A DNA stretch of 64,000 bases, taken from Desulfomonilia bacterium. Lineage in GTDB: Bacteria > Desulfobacterota > Desulfomonilia > UBA1062. Made by a program: the position numbers and the translations under genes. Under the pieces are notes generated by a model that saw only the letters and a program-made list of their open reading frames with translations, searched no databases and was not told where the DNA came from. Positions within the stretch are counted from its first letter, which is position 1; every line of letters begins with the position of its first letter. The DNA is taken from positions 64,001-128,000 of the forward strand of contig JBEKDT010000009.1 of assembly GCA_050014195.1 (NCBI GenBank), given 5' to 3'. Positions 49,235 to 59,348 of this stretch are shown here, piece by piece.

Positions 49235-49684
49235 ATGCTTGGTCTTGATGATTGCTCTTTGATGAATTTGGCATTGGAAGAGGCACAAAAGGCTGCCGGT
49301 ATCGGCGAAGTGCCCATAGGGGCAGTGCTTGTGGTTAATGAGTACCTGGTTAAGGGCCACAACAGGGTCATCTTGGATAACGACCCGACTGCACATGCTG
49401 AAATAGTGGTTATCCGTGAAGCAGCACGGCTGGTTAATAATTACAGACTCCCAGGATCAAGACTGTATGTTACTATTGAGCCGTGCATAATGTGTGTGGG
49501 AGCGATCATACAGGCACGCATTGAGTACCTCGCCTATGGTGCGAGAGATAAGCGATATGGCGCTGTGGAATCCATGATTGAGGGATTCCGGCTTGATGTT
49601 AACCACAAACCCAATATCAATGCCGGTTTGATGGAAGATCAGGCAAGCTCTTTGATGAAGACCTTTTTCCAAGCAAGAAGGTAA
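49235..49684 (+). CDS. tadA: tRNA adenosine(34) deaminase
   Basis: GEVPIGA, DPTAHAE, EPCIMC, FFQARR. Confidence 0.93.
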   Translation: MLGLDDCSLMNLALEEAQKAAGIGEVPIGAVLVVNEYLVKGHNRVILDNDPTAHAEIVVIREAARLVNNYRLPGSRLYVTIEPCIMCVGAIIQARIEYLAYGARDKRYGAVESMIEGFRLDVNHKPNINAGLMEDQASSLMKTFFQARR

Positions 49685-49775
49685 GGAGAGGTACCGAAGT
49701 GGTCATAACGGGGCCGACTCGAAATCGGCTGTCCTTTTTCAAGGACCGGGGGTTCGAATCCCTCCCTCTCCGCCA
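49685..49775 (+). tRNA. tRNA-Ser(CGA)
   Basis: GGAGAGG/CCTCTCC acceptor stem, anticodon loop CT-CGA-AA, long variable arm, GGTTCGAATCC, CCA. Confidence 0.95.
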
Positions 49776-49795
49776 CCATGAATACTGATGCGTCA

Positions 49796-49888
49796 GGAGA
49801 GATGCCCGAGAGGCCGAAGGGGCGCGATTGGAAATCGCGTGTACCGCTAATAACGGTACCGAGGGTTCGAATCCCTCTCTCTCCGCCA
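49796..49888 (+). tRNA. tRNA-Ser(GGA)
   Basis: GGAGAGA/TCTCTCC acceptor stem, loop TT-GGA-AA, long variable arm, CCA. Confidence 0.95.
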
Positions 49889-49895
49889 CATGAAC

Positions 49896-50019
49896 AAGGC
49901 CTTGCAAGAGGCCGGGTCTCATACAGTACAGCACTGTGAACTCCGTCAGGCCCGGAAGGGAGCAGCGGTAAGCAAGATGCTGTATGTGTATGGTAAGGCC
50001 CGGCCTCTTGTGAGGCCTT
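49896..50019 (+). ncRNA. ffs: Signal recognition particle RNA (4.5S, small type)
   Basis: Conserved TCAGGCCCGGAAGGGAGCAGC core in a long hairpin; lies upstream of dnaX; ends approximate. Confidence 0.92.
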
Positions 50020-50081
50020 AGTATTTTTAAGTTCAGAACAGATGTCTTGAATAATCTTGTTATCAATATTAGGATGGTTTT

Positions 50082-51629
50082 ATGTATCAGGTTATAGCCC
50101 GCAAGTTCAGACCACAGAGATTCGAAGATGTTGTTGGTCAGGAGCATGTGACCAGGGTCCTTTGTAATGCCATAGAGCTTGACAGGCTTCCCCACGCATT
50201 CATCTTTTCGGGCCCTCGAGGTGTGGGCAAGACATCTGTTGCACGAATACTGGCTAAAGCGATCAATTGCGAGAAAGGGTTATCCCGCAACCCATGCAAT
50301 ATATGCCCTATATGTGAAGATATTACTGCATCGCGGGCAGTCGATGTATTTGAGATTGATGCAGCCACCCACACCCAAGTTGAGAAGATACGGGACCTCA
50401 TTGATAATTCTCGCTACACTCCTGCTATTGCACGATATAAGACCTTTATTATTGATGAAGTACACATGCTCTCCCGGAGTGCGTTTAATGCCCTGTTGAA
50501 GACATTGGAGGAACCGCCTCCTCATGTAATATTCATCCTTGCTACAACTGAGCTGGCAAAAGTTCCTGTTACCGTACTCTCTCGCTGCCAGCGGTACGAC
50601 TTCAGGCGAATACCGGTGGATGACATCGTTAAGCGCCTCATATCGGTTGCAAAGCAGGAACAAATCCCCATTACCGATGATGCCCTGGTCACCATTGCAC
50701 TTCAGGCTGATGGCAGCATGAGGGATGCGCAGGGTATGCTTGAGCATATCTCGGCCACAGGAAAGGGTTCTATTGGTGTTGATGCTGTTGAGGAGGCACT
50801 TGGGCTGGTCGGCAGATCAACCATGCGTGATTTGGTATCGGCAATTATTAAGAAGGATGCCCCGAGCACCCTTGATGTGGTGGATAGGGTATATCGATAT
50901 GGACAGGACTTGAATCAGCTTTACCGATCGCTCCTCGAACAGTTTAGGAACATGATGGTGCTTAAGGCAGGGTATATGAATGTTACTCTTCCGGAAGAGG
51001 AGATGACTTTTCTGAAAGATCTCATGACGGATATATCTCTGGAAGAGATCCACAGGTACTTGAGTGTGCTTATTCGGTCTGAGGAAGACATGAAGTATTC
51101 GAGCATAACCAGAATCACCCTTGAAACAATCCTGCTCCGCATCATCTCGGCTCCTCGTTTAGTAGACCTGCAGAATCTCATCCATACGATTTCCACAAGG
51201 ACCGGCTCATTGCCATCAGGTCATGTACAACAGATTTCAACAGTAGATATATACAAGCGACCTCCTTCTTCGCTGCCGCTTTCCTGGGACGGGTTCCTCT
51301 TATACCTCAAGGATCATGATCAGCCGCTCTACGCAATAGTATCGAGTGCCGCAGTTGAGCAGGATAACGGCAATACAGTTGTGTTGAGCTGTCCGAATCA
51401 GTTTCTGGCTGACCAGCTCAAAAAAACCCTACCTGAACTATCCAAGAGGGCGAAGGCATTCCTTCAGAAGGATATTGTTCTGAATGTTGAAATAAAAGAA
51501 GCCGACACGATCGAAAATAAAAAACCAAAACCCTCTGAGATCAGATCCCAGGCATTGAGATCACCTCTCGTAAAAGAGATAATCACAGAGTTCAACGGTG
51601 TCGTGAAGAATGTCAAGCCGAAAGAATAG
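50082..51629 (+). CDS. dnaX: DNA polymerase III subunit gamma/tau
   Basis: ARKFRPQRF, GPRGVGKT, DEVHML, KTLEEPP, SRCQ. Confidence 0.97.
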   Translation: MYQVIARKFRPQRFEDVVGQEHVTRVLCNAIELDRLPHAFIFSGPRGVGKTSVARILAKAINCEKGLSRNPCNICPICEDITASRAVDVFEIDAATHTQVEKIRDLIDNSRYTPAIARYKTFIIDEVHMLSRSAFNALLKTLEEPPPHVIFILATTELAKVPVTVLSRCQRYDFRRIPVDDIVKRLISVAKQEQIPITDDALVTIALQADGSMRDAQGMLEHISATGKGSIGVDAVEEALGLVGRSTMRDLVSAIIKKDAPSTLDVVDRVYRYGQDLNQLYRSLLEQFRNMMVLKAGYMNVTLPEEEMTFLKDLMTDISLEEIHRYLSVLIRSEEDMKYSSITRITLETILLRIISAPRLVDLQNLIHTISTRTGSLPSGHVQQISTVDIYKRPPSSLPLSWDGFLLYLKDHDQPLYAIVSSAAVEQDNGNTVVLSCPNQFLADQLKKTLPELSKRAKAFLQKDIVLNVEIKEADTIENKKPKPSEIRSQALRSPLVKEIITEFNGVVKNVKPKE

Positions 51630-52581
51630 CACAATTACCGCTGTTGATGGGGTGCGGGTAGGGCATAGCTCTGATTTTCACGGAGGTACGGGGGTAACGG
51701 TAATCCTTTTTGATAAACCAGCCCGTGGTTCCGTAGATATCACGGGACTTGCAACTTCCACCAGGCAGATCGACTCTCTTGAAATGATTCACCCCGGAAT
51801 TGCTGTTCATGGCTTATGCCTTGCGGGTGGTTCTGCCTTCGGCTTAGATGCTGCATCAGGAGCCATAAGGTATCTTGCAGAGAAGGGCATAGGGCTCGAC
51901 CTTATAGTTGCCAAGGTCCCTGTCGTACCAACTGCTGTTATCTTTGATTTATCTTTTATGGATGCTGATGCAAGGCCGACACCTGGGATGGCATACGATG
52001 CATGCACGACAGCATCATCCTTGCCTGTTGAGCAGGGCTGTATCGGTGCAGGTACAGGTGCAACCTGCGGCAAGCTCAGGGGTGTCGTTCATGCGACAAA
52101 GTCCGGTCTCGGCTCAAGCCTGACTCCAGGTGCAGGCGGTGTGCTTATGGGGGCTCTCGTCGTTGCAAATCCTTTTGGAGACATTCGCGATGAACAGGGG
52201 AGGATTATTGCCGGGTTACGGGATGATCACGGCTTTATCAAAATGGCTGACGAAATAGCCAAAGGAGAGGTCAGGGAGCGTTTCGGGGCCCCCGATAATA
52301 CAACATTGTGTGTTCTCGTGACGGATGCCTATATGGATAAAATCATGGCGATGCAAGTTGCGCGAATGGCAGGCCAAGGTCTTTCCCGGCACATATCTCC
52401 GTTCAACACGCCATTAGATGGAGATATGGTCTTCTGTTTTTCCGTTGGTGGAAAAAAAGCACATCCTCTTCATTTAGGTGTTATAGCAGCACATGCAGCG
52501 AGTGAAGCCTTGCTGAATGCAATACGGTATGCCAGAGGAATGGGCGGGATTCCTGCTTCAAGAGATATCATCGGCCAATAA
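51610..52581 (+). CDS. Peptidase S58/P1 family (DmpA-like)
   Basis: GGSAFGLDAA, GAGTGA, NTTL, DGD. Confidence 0.88.
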   Translation: MSSRKNSTITAVDGVRVGHSSDFHGGTGVTVILFDKPARGSVDITGLATSTRQIDSLEMIHPGIAVHGLCLAGGSAFGLDAASGAIRYLAEKGIGLDLIVAKVPVVPTAVIFDLSFMDADARPTPGMAYDACTTASSLPVEQGCIGAGTGATCGKLRGVVHATKSGLGSSLTPGAGGVLMGALVVANPFGDIRDEQGRIIAGLRDDHGFIKMADEIAKGEVRERFGAPDNTTLCVLVTDAYMDKIMAMQVARMAGQGLSRHISPFNTPLDGDMVFCFSVGGKKAHPLHLGVIAAHAASEALLNAIRYARGMGGIPASRDIIGQ

Positions 52582-52720
52582 GACCGGGCAGTGTCAGTAA
52601 TTATACTTTACTGTTAAGACCTCTAGAAGAATTTGAAAGGTCATATATATACCTCGTGAAGCCCTTCTCTTTCATGTGTGGATACAGAATGGGTGCGGGT
52701 TTGAGGTAAGTCCAAAATCG

Positions 52721-52749
52721 TTGACAAAGCCTTATCACTTGGGTAGAAG
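52721..52749 (+). promoter_or_regulatory. Putative sigma70 promoter of tRNA-Met
   Basis: TTGACA-17 nt-TAGAAG about 10 nt before the tRNA. Confidence 0.5.
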
Positions 52750-52759
52750 AGATGTCCGT

Positions 52760-52836
52760 GGCGGAGTAGCTCAGGTGGTCAGAGCATGCGGCTCATATCC
52801 GCAGTGTCGGGGGTTCAAATCCCTCCTCCGCTACCA
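52760..52836 (+). tRNA. tRNA-Met(CAT), elongator-type
   Basis: GGCGGAG acceptor, loop CT-CAT-AT, GGTTCAAATCC, CCA; lacks the initiator C1 mismatch and GGG/CCC anticodon stem. Confidence 0.9.
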
Positions 52837-52864
52837 AATTAAAAAAAAGAAAACATAAAATATT

Positions 52865-52904
52865 TGAGAAGCAGGAAAGTATTAGATCCTGCTTCTCATT
52901 TTTT
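52865..52904 (+). terminator. Rho-independent terminator
   Basis: TGAGAAGCAGGA...TCCTGCTTCTCA followed by a T run. Confidence 0.8.
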
Positions 52905-53118
52905 ACTAAAAGTAAAAAACTTCCTCAACGTTGCAATGCTGACCATGCCGGAACCTAAAAACAATTATATAAGAAAGAAATACTCAAGTTTTACTTCCCC
53001 TCATACACCTGATTATTTATATTACTATAGTTGTGGAGGTTTTAAGTTGAGAGACATCCGAGTTCTGGTTTATTATCCGTCACAATTCCTGATAAAAACT
53101 ATGAAAGGGTGATGTGGC

Positions 53119-55170
53119 ATGTCTAAAAAAATCATGCTTGCTTTCTGTATTCACTCCCACCAGCCAGTAGGTAATTACCTGAGTGTCTTCGAACAGGGGG
53201 CCAGGGAATGCTATCTGCCTTTCCTGAGAATCTTGCAGGAGTATCCTGATATTCGGGTGACACTCCACTATACAGGGCCCTTGCTGGAATGGTTTGAGCA
53301 GAATTCACCGGAATTTTTCGATCTGCTTACAAATCTAGTAGAAAGATCCCAGGTGGAGCTCATGGGTGGGGGATTCTATGAGCCCATTATATCCGTTATC
53401 CCAGAGAGAGATGTCATACGACAGATCGAGTATACAAAGGCCTATATGAAAAACAGGTTCGGAGTAATCCCGAGAGGTATGTGGTGTACGGAGCGGATTT
53501 GGGACCCAAGTCTCCCGAAAAAGATTAATTCCGGTGGGAAAGTGGAGTACACGCTCCTTGATGACAGTCATTTCCTAGCTGCAGGTCTCTGCCCGGAAGA
53601 TGTTCACGGTTATTATATTACCGAGAGAGAGGGGTATGCCCTGAGGGTATTCCCCATAGACATGCATCTTCGTTATCTTATCCCTTTCAAGGAGCCCGAT
53701 GAAATCATCGAATACCTTCTCCATCTGAAAGCACGGGGTGTGAAGGTGATCACCTATGGTGACGATGGAGAGAAATTCGGTATGTGGCCGGGAACCTACA
53801 AATGGGTAATTGAACAGGGATGGCTTAGGCGGTTTTTTGATGCAATGTTGAAGGTCTCAGATGAAATAGAGATTGTACCCTTGTCTGAAGCACTTGACAG
53901 TTATCCGCCGAAGGGACTCGTCTACCTGCCGACGGCAACCTACCAGGAGATGATGGAGTGGAGTCTTCTTGCCCCCCAGGGCAGATTATATGAAGATCTT
54001 GTCAAGAAGGCAAAAACAGAACATGACTGGGACCGTAAACGCGCATTTTTTAGAGGGGGCATGTGGGACAATTTTCTCTCAAAGTATCGTGAATCAAATT
54101 TGATGCACAAGAAGATGTTACAGGTGAGCTCACTCGTGCAGACATTTAGACAGGATTCAGATGATGCCATGAAGCATCTCCTTATGGGTCAATGCAACTG
54201 CGCTTACTGGCATGGATTATTCGGCGGAATCTATATCGGGGCGCTTAGGCATGCAATCTATGAGAACCTTCTGAAGGCCGAGGAGATCATTGATGAAAAG
54301 CGCATGAAGGACAGCTCCTGGATAGTTGAGCAGGTAGACCACGATGTGGACGGTTATGAAGAAGTCCTCATTTCAGGGAGGAGACTCAATTGCTATATCT
54401 CTCCTCAGGATAATGCCTCTGTCTTCGGACTTGAATACAAACCTAAGCAGTATAGTCTCTCAAACATTCTGATGCGGAACCCGGAAATCTATCACAAGGA
54501 TGTGTTGAATCCCCAGTCACGCAAAAAGAAAAAATCATCTGAGGAGCCGCTTTCTATCCATGATATCCCCCATGTAACCCCCGAGGAGTTCAAAGGGCTT
54601 CTTGTATATGATACCTACCGCAAGAATTCCTTTATAACTCATTATCTAGATGCCCCTGCATCGGTTGAGAAGATCCTGAAGGAAAACAGGATCGATACCT
54701 CTCTCACGGCACATCTCCCATTCCGGTTTGTGTCGAAGTCAGATGGAGAAGATTGCATTACTCTAACATTTACCGGTACACAAGGCCCTTTGAATATAAG
54801 CAAGGCATATAGGTATTATCCTGAAGGATCTATTACTCTATCTCACGCTATTTCCCCCTTAAGCGATAATACGTGGATCGTCCTTGAGTGGAATATCTTC
54901 ACACTCTCCGGTGAGAGGCCATTTATAGATGATCAACCCATGGAGAATGACCGTGGTGTTTACAGGGCGCACCATGTTGAAATCAAGGATAGTTCTCGAG
55001 GGCTTACCGTTCGGATAGAGTCGGGATCTCACTGGGTTGTTTGCATCGTTCCTATTGAATGTGTATCCCAAAGTGAGGATGGCTTTGAGAAGACATTCCA
55101 GGGGTGGAGTGTCTATTTTATGCTCCAATGCCTGGTTAGTGTTCCTGACGTCACGTTGAGGGTCTTTTAA
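53119..55170 (+). CDS. GH57 alpha-amylase/4-alpha-glucanotransferase
   Basis: HSHQPVGN, GGFYEP, ERIW, GDDGEKFG, QCNCAYWHG. Confidence 0.92.
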   Translation: MSKKIMLAFCIHSHQPVGNYLSVFEQGARECYLPFLRILQEYPDIRVTLHYTGPLLEWFEQNSPEFFDLLTNLVERSQVELMGGGFYEPIISVIPERDVIRQIEYTKAYMKNRFGVIPRGMWCTERIWDPSLPKKINSGGKVEYTLLDDSHFLAAGLCPEDVHGYYITEREGYALRVFPIDMHLRYLIPFKEPDEIIEYLLHLKARGVKVITYGDDGEKFGMWPGTYKWVIEQGWLRRFFDAMLKVSDEIEIVPLSEALDSYPPKGLVYLPTATYQEMMEWSLLAPQGRLYEDLVKKAKTEHDWDRKRAFFRGGMWDNFLSKYRESNLMHKKMLQVSSLVQTFRQDSDDAMKHLLMGQCNCAYWHGLFGGIYIGALRHAIYENLLKAEEIIDEKRMKDSSWIVEQVDHDVDGYEEVLISGRRLNCYISPQDNASVFGLEYKPKQYSLSNILMRNPEIYHKDVLNPQSRKKKKSSEEPLSIHDIPHVTPEEFKGLLVYDTYRKNSFITHYLDAPASVEKILKENRIDTSLTAHLPFRFVSKSDGEDCITLTFTGTQGPLNISKAYRYYPEGSITLSHAISPLSDNTWIVLEWNIFTLSGERPFIDDQPMENDRGVYRAHHVEIKDSSRGLTVRIESGSHWVVCIVPIECVSQSEDGFEKTFQGWSVYFMLQCLVSVPDVTLRVF

Positions 55171-55314
55171 GCATGTCGGAGTTGAAGAAAGCCCCTGTTG
55201 TTGAACGATGGGTGATTATTTCAGAGCTCTATTTCAACTACATACCACCTTAAGGATGCAGCTATATTCTTCCATCCGCTTGTAGTTTCATGATAGAGGA
55301 CAGGAAAATGAGAT

Positions 55315-56007
55315 ATGCCTAGGTTCTTTGCCGAGATCACCCAATTCCCCGTTGCTGTAATCAAGGGAAGAGATATTGTTCATCATATTACAGGATCCTT
55401 GAGAAAGAGGAGGGGTGAGGAGATTGCCATCCGTGTGGGGACCAAAGGCTTCAGGGCAAGAATTACCTCCATCGGATCAGAAGAGATCCTTGTTTATATT
55501 ATGGATGAGGAGGGCCTTCAAGATCGAAGCAACGCCACAGTGCACCTGGCTATGTGTCTTTTTGACATGAAGGATTTTGAAGATGCTATCCGGTCTGCAA
55601 CAGAACTTGGGGTTTCCTATATCTACCCTGTTATATCCTCCAGATCAAACATAAGGTCTATAACGGAAGCCCGATATGCCAGATGGCAGACCATTATCCT
55701 TGAGGCTGTCAAACAGTGTGACCGAATGACAATCCCATCCATCCAACGGCCGGTGTCTCTTGATGTATTTATCCACGAGATATCAGATCGTTGGGATACT
55801 CGGCTTGTAGCCCACAAAGGTGCAGAGCATTCTATATCAAAATACCTGGGAAACAATGTCGGTATCCTCATAGGTCCTGAAGGAGGTTTTTCATCGGAAG
55901 AATTTCGGATGATAACAAACTCCGACTACATAGCTGTGAGCCTGGGGAATACGAACTTAAGGGCTACCACAGCAGCAATAACAGCAGTAGGCATACTTGG
56001 TATGTGA
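55315..56007 (+). CDS. rsmE: 16S rRNA m3U1498 methyltransferase
   Basis: ATELGV, EAVKQC, IGPEGGF, SLGNTNLRATTA. Confidence 0.92.
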   Translation: MPRFFAEITQFPVAVIKGRDIVHHITGSLRKRRGEEIAIRVGTKGFRARITSIGSEEILVYIMDEEGLQDRSNATVHLAMCLFDMKDFEDAIRSATELGVSYIYPVISSRSNIRSITEARYARWQTIILEAVKQCDRMTIPSIQRPVSLDVFIHEISDRWDTRLVAHKGAEHSISKYLGNNVGILIGPEGGFSSEEFRMITNSDYIAVSLGNTNLRATTAAITAVGILGM

Positions 56008-56072
56008 AGGAGCATGTTACCAAGTGATCTGGCCTGTTCTTGTGTGTCTTCGTTATCCTGCCTATATAGTCA

Positions 56073-56106
56073 AGGCACCACCTCCCTGGATTAAGGGATG
56101 ATGCCT
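56073..56106. terminator. Imperfect hairpin between convergent genes
   Basis: AGGCA..TCCCT-ggatta-AGGGA..TGCCT. Confidence 0.4.
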
Positions 56107-56125
56107 AGATAACTGCTGGAGAAGG

Positions 56126-58426
56126 CTACTTGATTTGTCCTGACTGGAGACGTTCAAGTTGTTTTTGAGCCTGTTGTTTCTCCGGGAATTGTTTCGTAGT
56201 GGCGAGCGATTTCTTTAGGTATGGTATCGCCTCAGCACCTCTTTTGAGGTCGATCAGCGCTGATGCCATATGATAAAGTATGGTAGGGTCGTCTCCCTGT
56301 TTCTCGGAAGCCATTTGGAACTGAGCCAGGGCATTATCGGCTAGCCCTTTTTTGAGATAAACATAACCAAGGGTGTCTGCTATTCTTGGATCTTCAGGGT
56401 ATAAATCCTTGGCTGTTTGTGCCAGCTTGAGGGCTTCATCCAGGTCGCTTTTCTTTCCTTTCTCTACAAGGACCCATGCCAGATTGTTTGCTGCAAGGGC
56501 ATTCTTGGGATTCTTGTCGAGGATGTACTTGTATACTTTTTGAGCTGCTTCCAAGTTTCCTGAGCCCTGCTGGAGTAAGGCGATCATCATGGCGGCAGTC
56601 ATGTCATTCGGGTTTTTGTTCAGGATTTTTTCATATTCATCCAATGCATTCTTTATCATGTTGTTCCGGGCATAGTATTGGGCCAGGGCATGGTAGAAGG
56701 CGTCTTTTTTCGGATCGAGCTCTATTGCCTTCTTTATCTCTGACAGGGCTTCGTCTTTCTTCCCTGAATCTTCAAGCAGGGCAGAGAGAACCATGTGGCA
56801 ACTTGCCGTATCTGAATTGGCACAGATGCCTTTTATCTTTTTAATAGCCTCTTGCCATCCAATAACCCCAGGTGAGGTGTATGCAAAGAGTGCCAAGGCC
56901 TCGTCATTGTGTGGGTAAAGGGTAGCTGCACGCTCAGCTATGGGGTAAGCACTCTTCTTATCATTTTGATCAAGATAGTAAAGGAGTTGGGCATGGAGTG
57001 TGATCCAGTCATTGGGAGCTGTGTCTTTAAGGGATCGGATATACGGCAGGGCCGCCTGTGGCCCCGATGATCTTAGGGCAGAGAGTGCACCGATATAGAG
57101 TATATCAGGGACGATAATCTTGTGTTTGACGAGAAGATCTGTTTCTTCAAGGGCCTCTTTGAATTCACCCTGGAGGAAGCGGATCCTTGCCATCATAGTA
57201 TGGAGCTGTATATTCTGAGCATTCTCCCGAAGAGAATAATCAACGAGCTCCTGCGCTTTTTTCACTTCGCCTTTCATAAGGTAGGCCTGAGCTGCCGTTG
57301 AAGCCACACCAGGGCTTGCAGGGGCGACCTTCAATGGCTCACTGAGTACTTCAATAGCCTTTTTGCTGTCCTTTTCCGCAATGTATATCTGCGCAAGAAT
57401 AATTCTTGACTGGATATCTTTGGTGTCTTTCTCAACTGTCTCAGTAAGCAGTTTTTTCGCCCCTGAACTATCTTTCTTGTCCAGGAGGATCTGCGCAATG
57501 AGGATACGGATCTGAGTTGTGTCCTTAAGATTACGAGCCATCTGGGCAGTCTTCAAGGCTCCGTCCAGGTCACGCTTTTGGTGGAGGATAGAGGACTCAA
57601 GGAGATATGGTTCAGGATTTTTTGGGGAGTTTTTCTTCATTGCTTCAAGTTGGTTCTGATAAAGATCAGCCATGTTATGGCGGGAGTAGAACAATGCCAG
57701 AGCAACCCCGGCAGAGATGTTGTTACCCGATGCATGATATGCATCTTCAGCCCACTTCCTGGCACTCATGAGATCATTTTTGAATGCATAAATGTCGCTG
57801 GCAATAAAACGCAATCTGGTTGATTTGGGGAACAGTGCAGATCCCTTGTTTACCAAGGCAAGGGCATCATCAATTCTACCCACAGGCATGTACATCTGAA
57901 TGGTATTTATATACATGTCTTCGGTAGGGCTTTTTATGCTCAGGAGTTCTTCCATGACCTTGATCCCCTGTTCCCTCTTACCGTTCATAAAAAGGGATTG
58001 AGCCAGGACTTCTTTTGCAAGGGTATTTGGGGGATCGGTTTGAAGGATAGTAGAAGCCTGTTTTTCAGCCGGATCATATTTTTTTGCGAGCAACAGCATG
58101 GAAGCGAGGTATTCTCTGGACTTCACATTCTTAGGGTCGGCTTGAGATGCCCTTGAGAAGGCTGTATATGCCTCCTGCGGATGGTTCAGCTTGAGCTGGG
58201 CTTCACCGAGGCTGATAAGTGTCTTGACATCATCAGGAGTAATCTTGAGAGCATTCTGGTACTGGATTGCCGCCTCAGCATATTTCCCCCGGTCAAGATA
58301 TTTCTGAGCGCTTGAGATGTAGTCTTTCCGTTTTTCTTCAGGGCTTTTGCTGCACCCTGTGAGAATAACTATTGATATGATAAAAAAAATCGAGAGTAGG
58401 GATACCCTCTTCATAAGCCCTCCCAT
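56126..58426 (-). CDS. TPR-repeat lipoprotein (PrsT-like, PEP-CTERM/EPS-associated)
   Basis: Lipobox ILTGC, many TPRs, AANNLAW and DTLGYVY C-terminal motifs. Confidence 0.8.
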   Translation of the reverse strand: MGGLMKRVSLLSIFFIISIVILTGCSKSPEEKRKDYISSAQKYLDRGKYAEAAIQYQNALKITPDDVKTLISLGEAQLKLNHPQEAYTAFSRASQADPKNVKSREYLASMLLLAKKYDPAEKQASTILQTDPPNTLAKEVLAQSLFMNGKREQGIKVMEELLSIKSPTEDMYINTIQMYMPVGRIDDALALVNKGSALFPKSTRLRFIASDIYAFKNDLMSARKWAEDAYHASGNNISAGVALALFYSRHNMADLYQNQLEAMKKNSPKNPEPYLLESSILHQKRDLDGALKTAQMARNLKDTTQIRILIAQILLDKKDSSGAKKLLTETVEKDTKDIQSRIILAQIYIAEKDSKKAIEVLSEPLKVAPASPGVASTAAQAYLMKGEVKKAQELVDYSLRENAQNIQLHTMMARIRFLQGEFKEALEETDLLVKHKIIVPDILYIGALSALRSSGPQAALPYIRSLKDTAPNDWITLHAQLLYYLDQNDKKSAYPIAERAATLYPHNDEALALFAYTSPGVIGWQEAIKKIKGICANSDTASCHMVLSALLEDSGKKDEALSEIKKAIELDPKKDAFYHALAQYYARNNMIKNALDEYEKILNKNPNDMTAAMMIALLQQGSGNLEAAQKVYKYILDKNPKNALAANNLAWVLVEKGKKSDLDEALKLAQTAKDLYPEDPRIADTLGYVYLKKGLADNALAQFQMASEKQGDDPTILYHMASALIDLKRGAEAIPYLKKSLATTKQFPEKQQAQKQLERLQSGQIK

Positions 58427-58548
58427 GGTTGATATACGCTCGATAACATAGTCAATAGCACAGGAAAAGCAATAACAAACATGGATATATTGACTTCCCC
58501 TCCTCCGGATACTATGAAAAGACTGAAATCTCTCAAGGGAGTAAAAGA

Positions 58549-59241
58549 ATGTTCTTAGATCCGCTCTATATCATGATGATTGTCCCTACGTTTTTGTTAA
58601 GCCTTTTTGCACAGATCAAGGTTAAATCATCATATAAACGATATTCACAAATACCAACATCCCGTGGAGTAACAGGTGCACAGGCTGCCCGCCTCATCCT
58701 CGATGCCCAGGGTATACGGGATGTATCTATTGAGCTTGGCAGTGGGTTTCTCTCTGATCATTACGATCCCCGCAGCAGGGTTTTACGGCTTTCTGAATCC
58801 GTTTATGCAGGAGATTCTCTGGCAAGCGTTGGTGTTGCAGCTCACGAGGCCGGCCATGCCATTCAACATGCACGGGGCTATATGCCGCTCCAGCTCAGAA
58901 GCGCCCTGGTGCCTCTTTCCTCCCTGGGTTCCAACCTTGCATGGCCGTTGCTTCTCATCGGGTTCATCTTCATGGCAAAATCCCTCATTATAGCAGGGAT
59001 CTTGTTCTTCAGCTTGGCGGTGCTCTTCCAGCTCATAACCCTGCCTGTGGAGTTCAATGCCTCCTCCAGGGCCTTGGATGCACTGCCTGCAACAGGCATC
59101 CTCACCGATATGGAGGTCAGCGGAGCCAGGAAGGTTTTAACAGCAGCTGCGCTCACCTATGTGGCAGCAGCCGCTACTTCTATTGTCCAACTTTTATACT
59201 TTCTCCTTCGTTCAGGCCTCTTGGGTGGCAGTGATGAATGA
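58549..59241 (+). CDS. Membrane zinc metallopeptidase (YugP-like)
   Basis: LSDHYDP, AHEAGH, LPVEFNAS, AAALTYVA. Confidence 0.9.
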   Translation: MFLDPLYIMMIVPTFLLSLFAQIKVKSSYKRYSQIPTSRGVTGAQAARLILDAQGIRDVSIELGSGFLSDHYDPRSRVLRLSESVYAGDSLASVGVAAHEAGHAIQHARGYMPLQLRSALVPLSSLGSNLAWPLLLIGFIFMAKSLIIAGILFFSLAVLFQLITLPVEFNASSRALDALPATGILTDMEVSGARKVLTAAALTYVAAAATSIVQLLYFLLRSGLLGGSDE

Positions 59242-59348
59242 TCCTTCTCATGTGCAATATACACAGCCACACGAACATTCTTTAACATATGGAATCGAGC
59301 AAGAGGGGCTATTTAAATAATAATATGTTTTTACCGATGTAGGGTATA

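Noticed and set aside
49617-50195. 192-aa minus-strand ORF
   Set aside because: Antisense shadow of two tRNAs and the SRP RNA
49685-52836. tRNA-anchored genomic island
   Set aside because: No integrase gene and no duplicated tRNA 3' end were noticed; flanking genes are core
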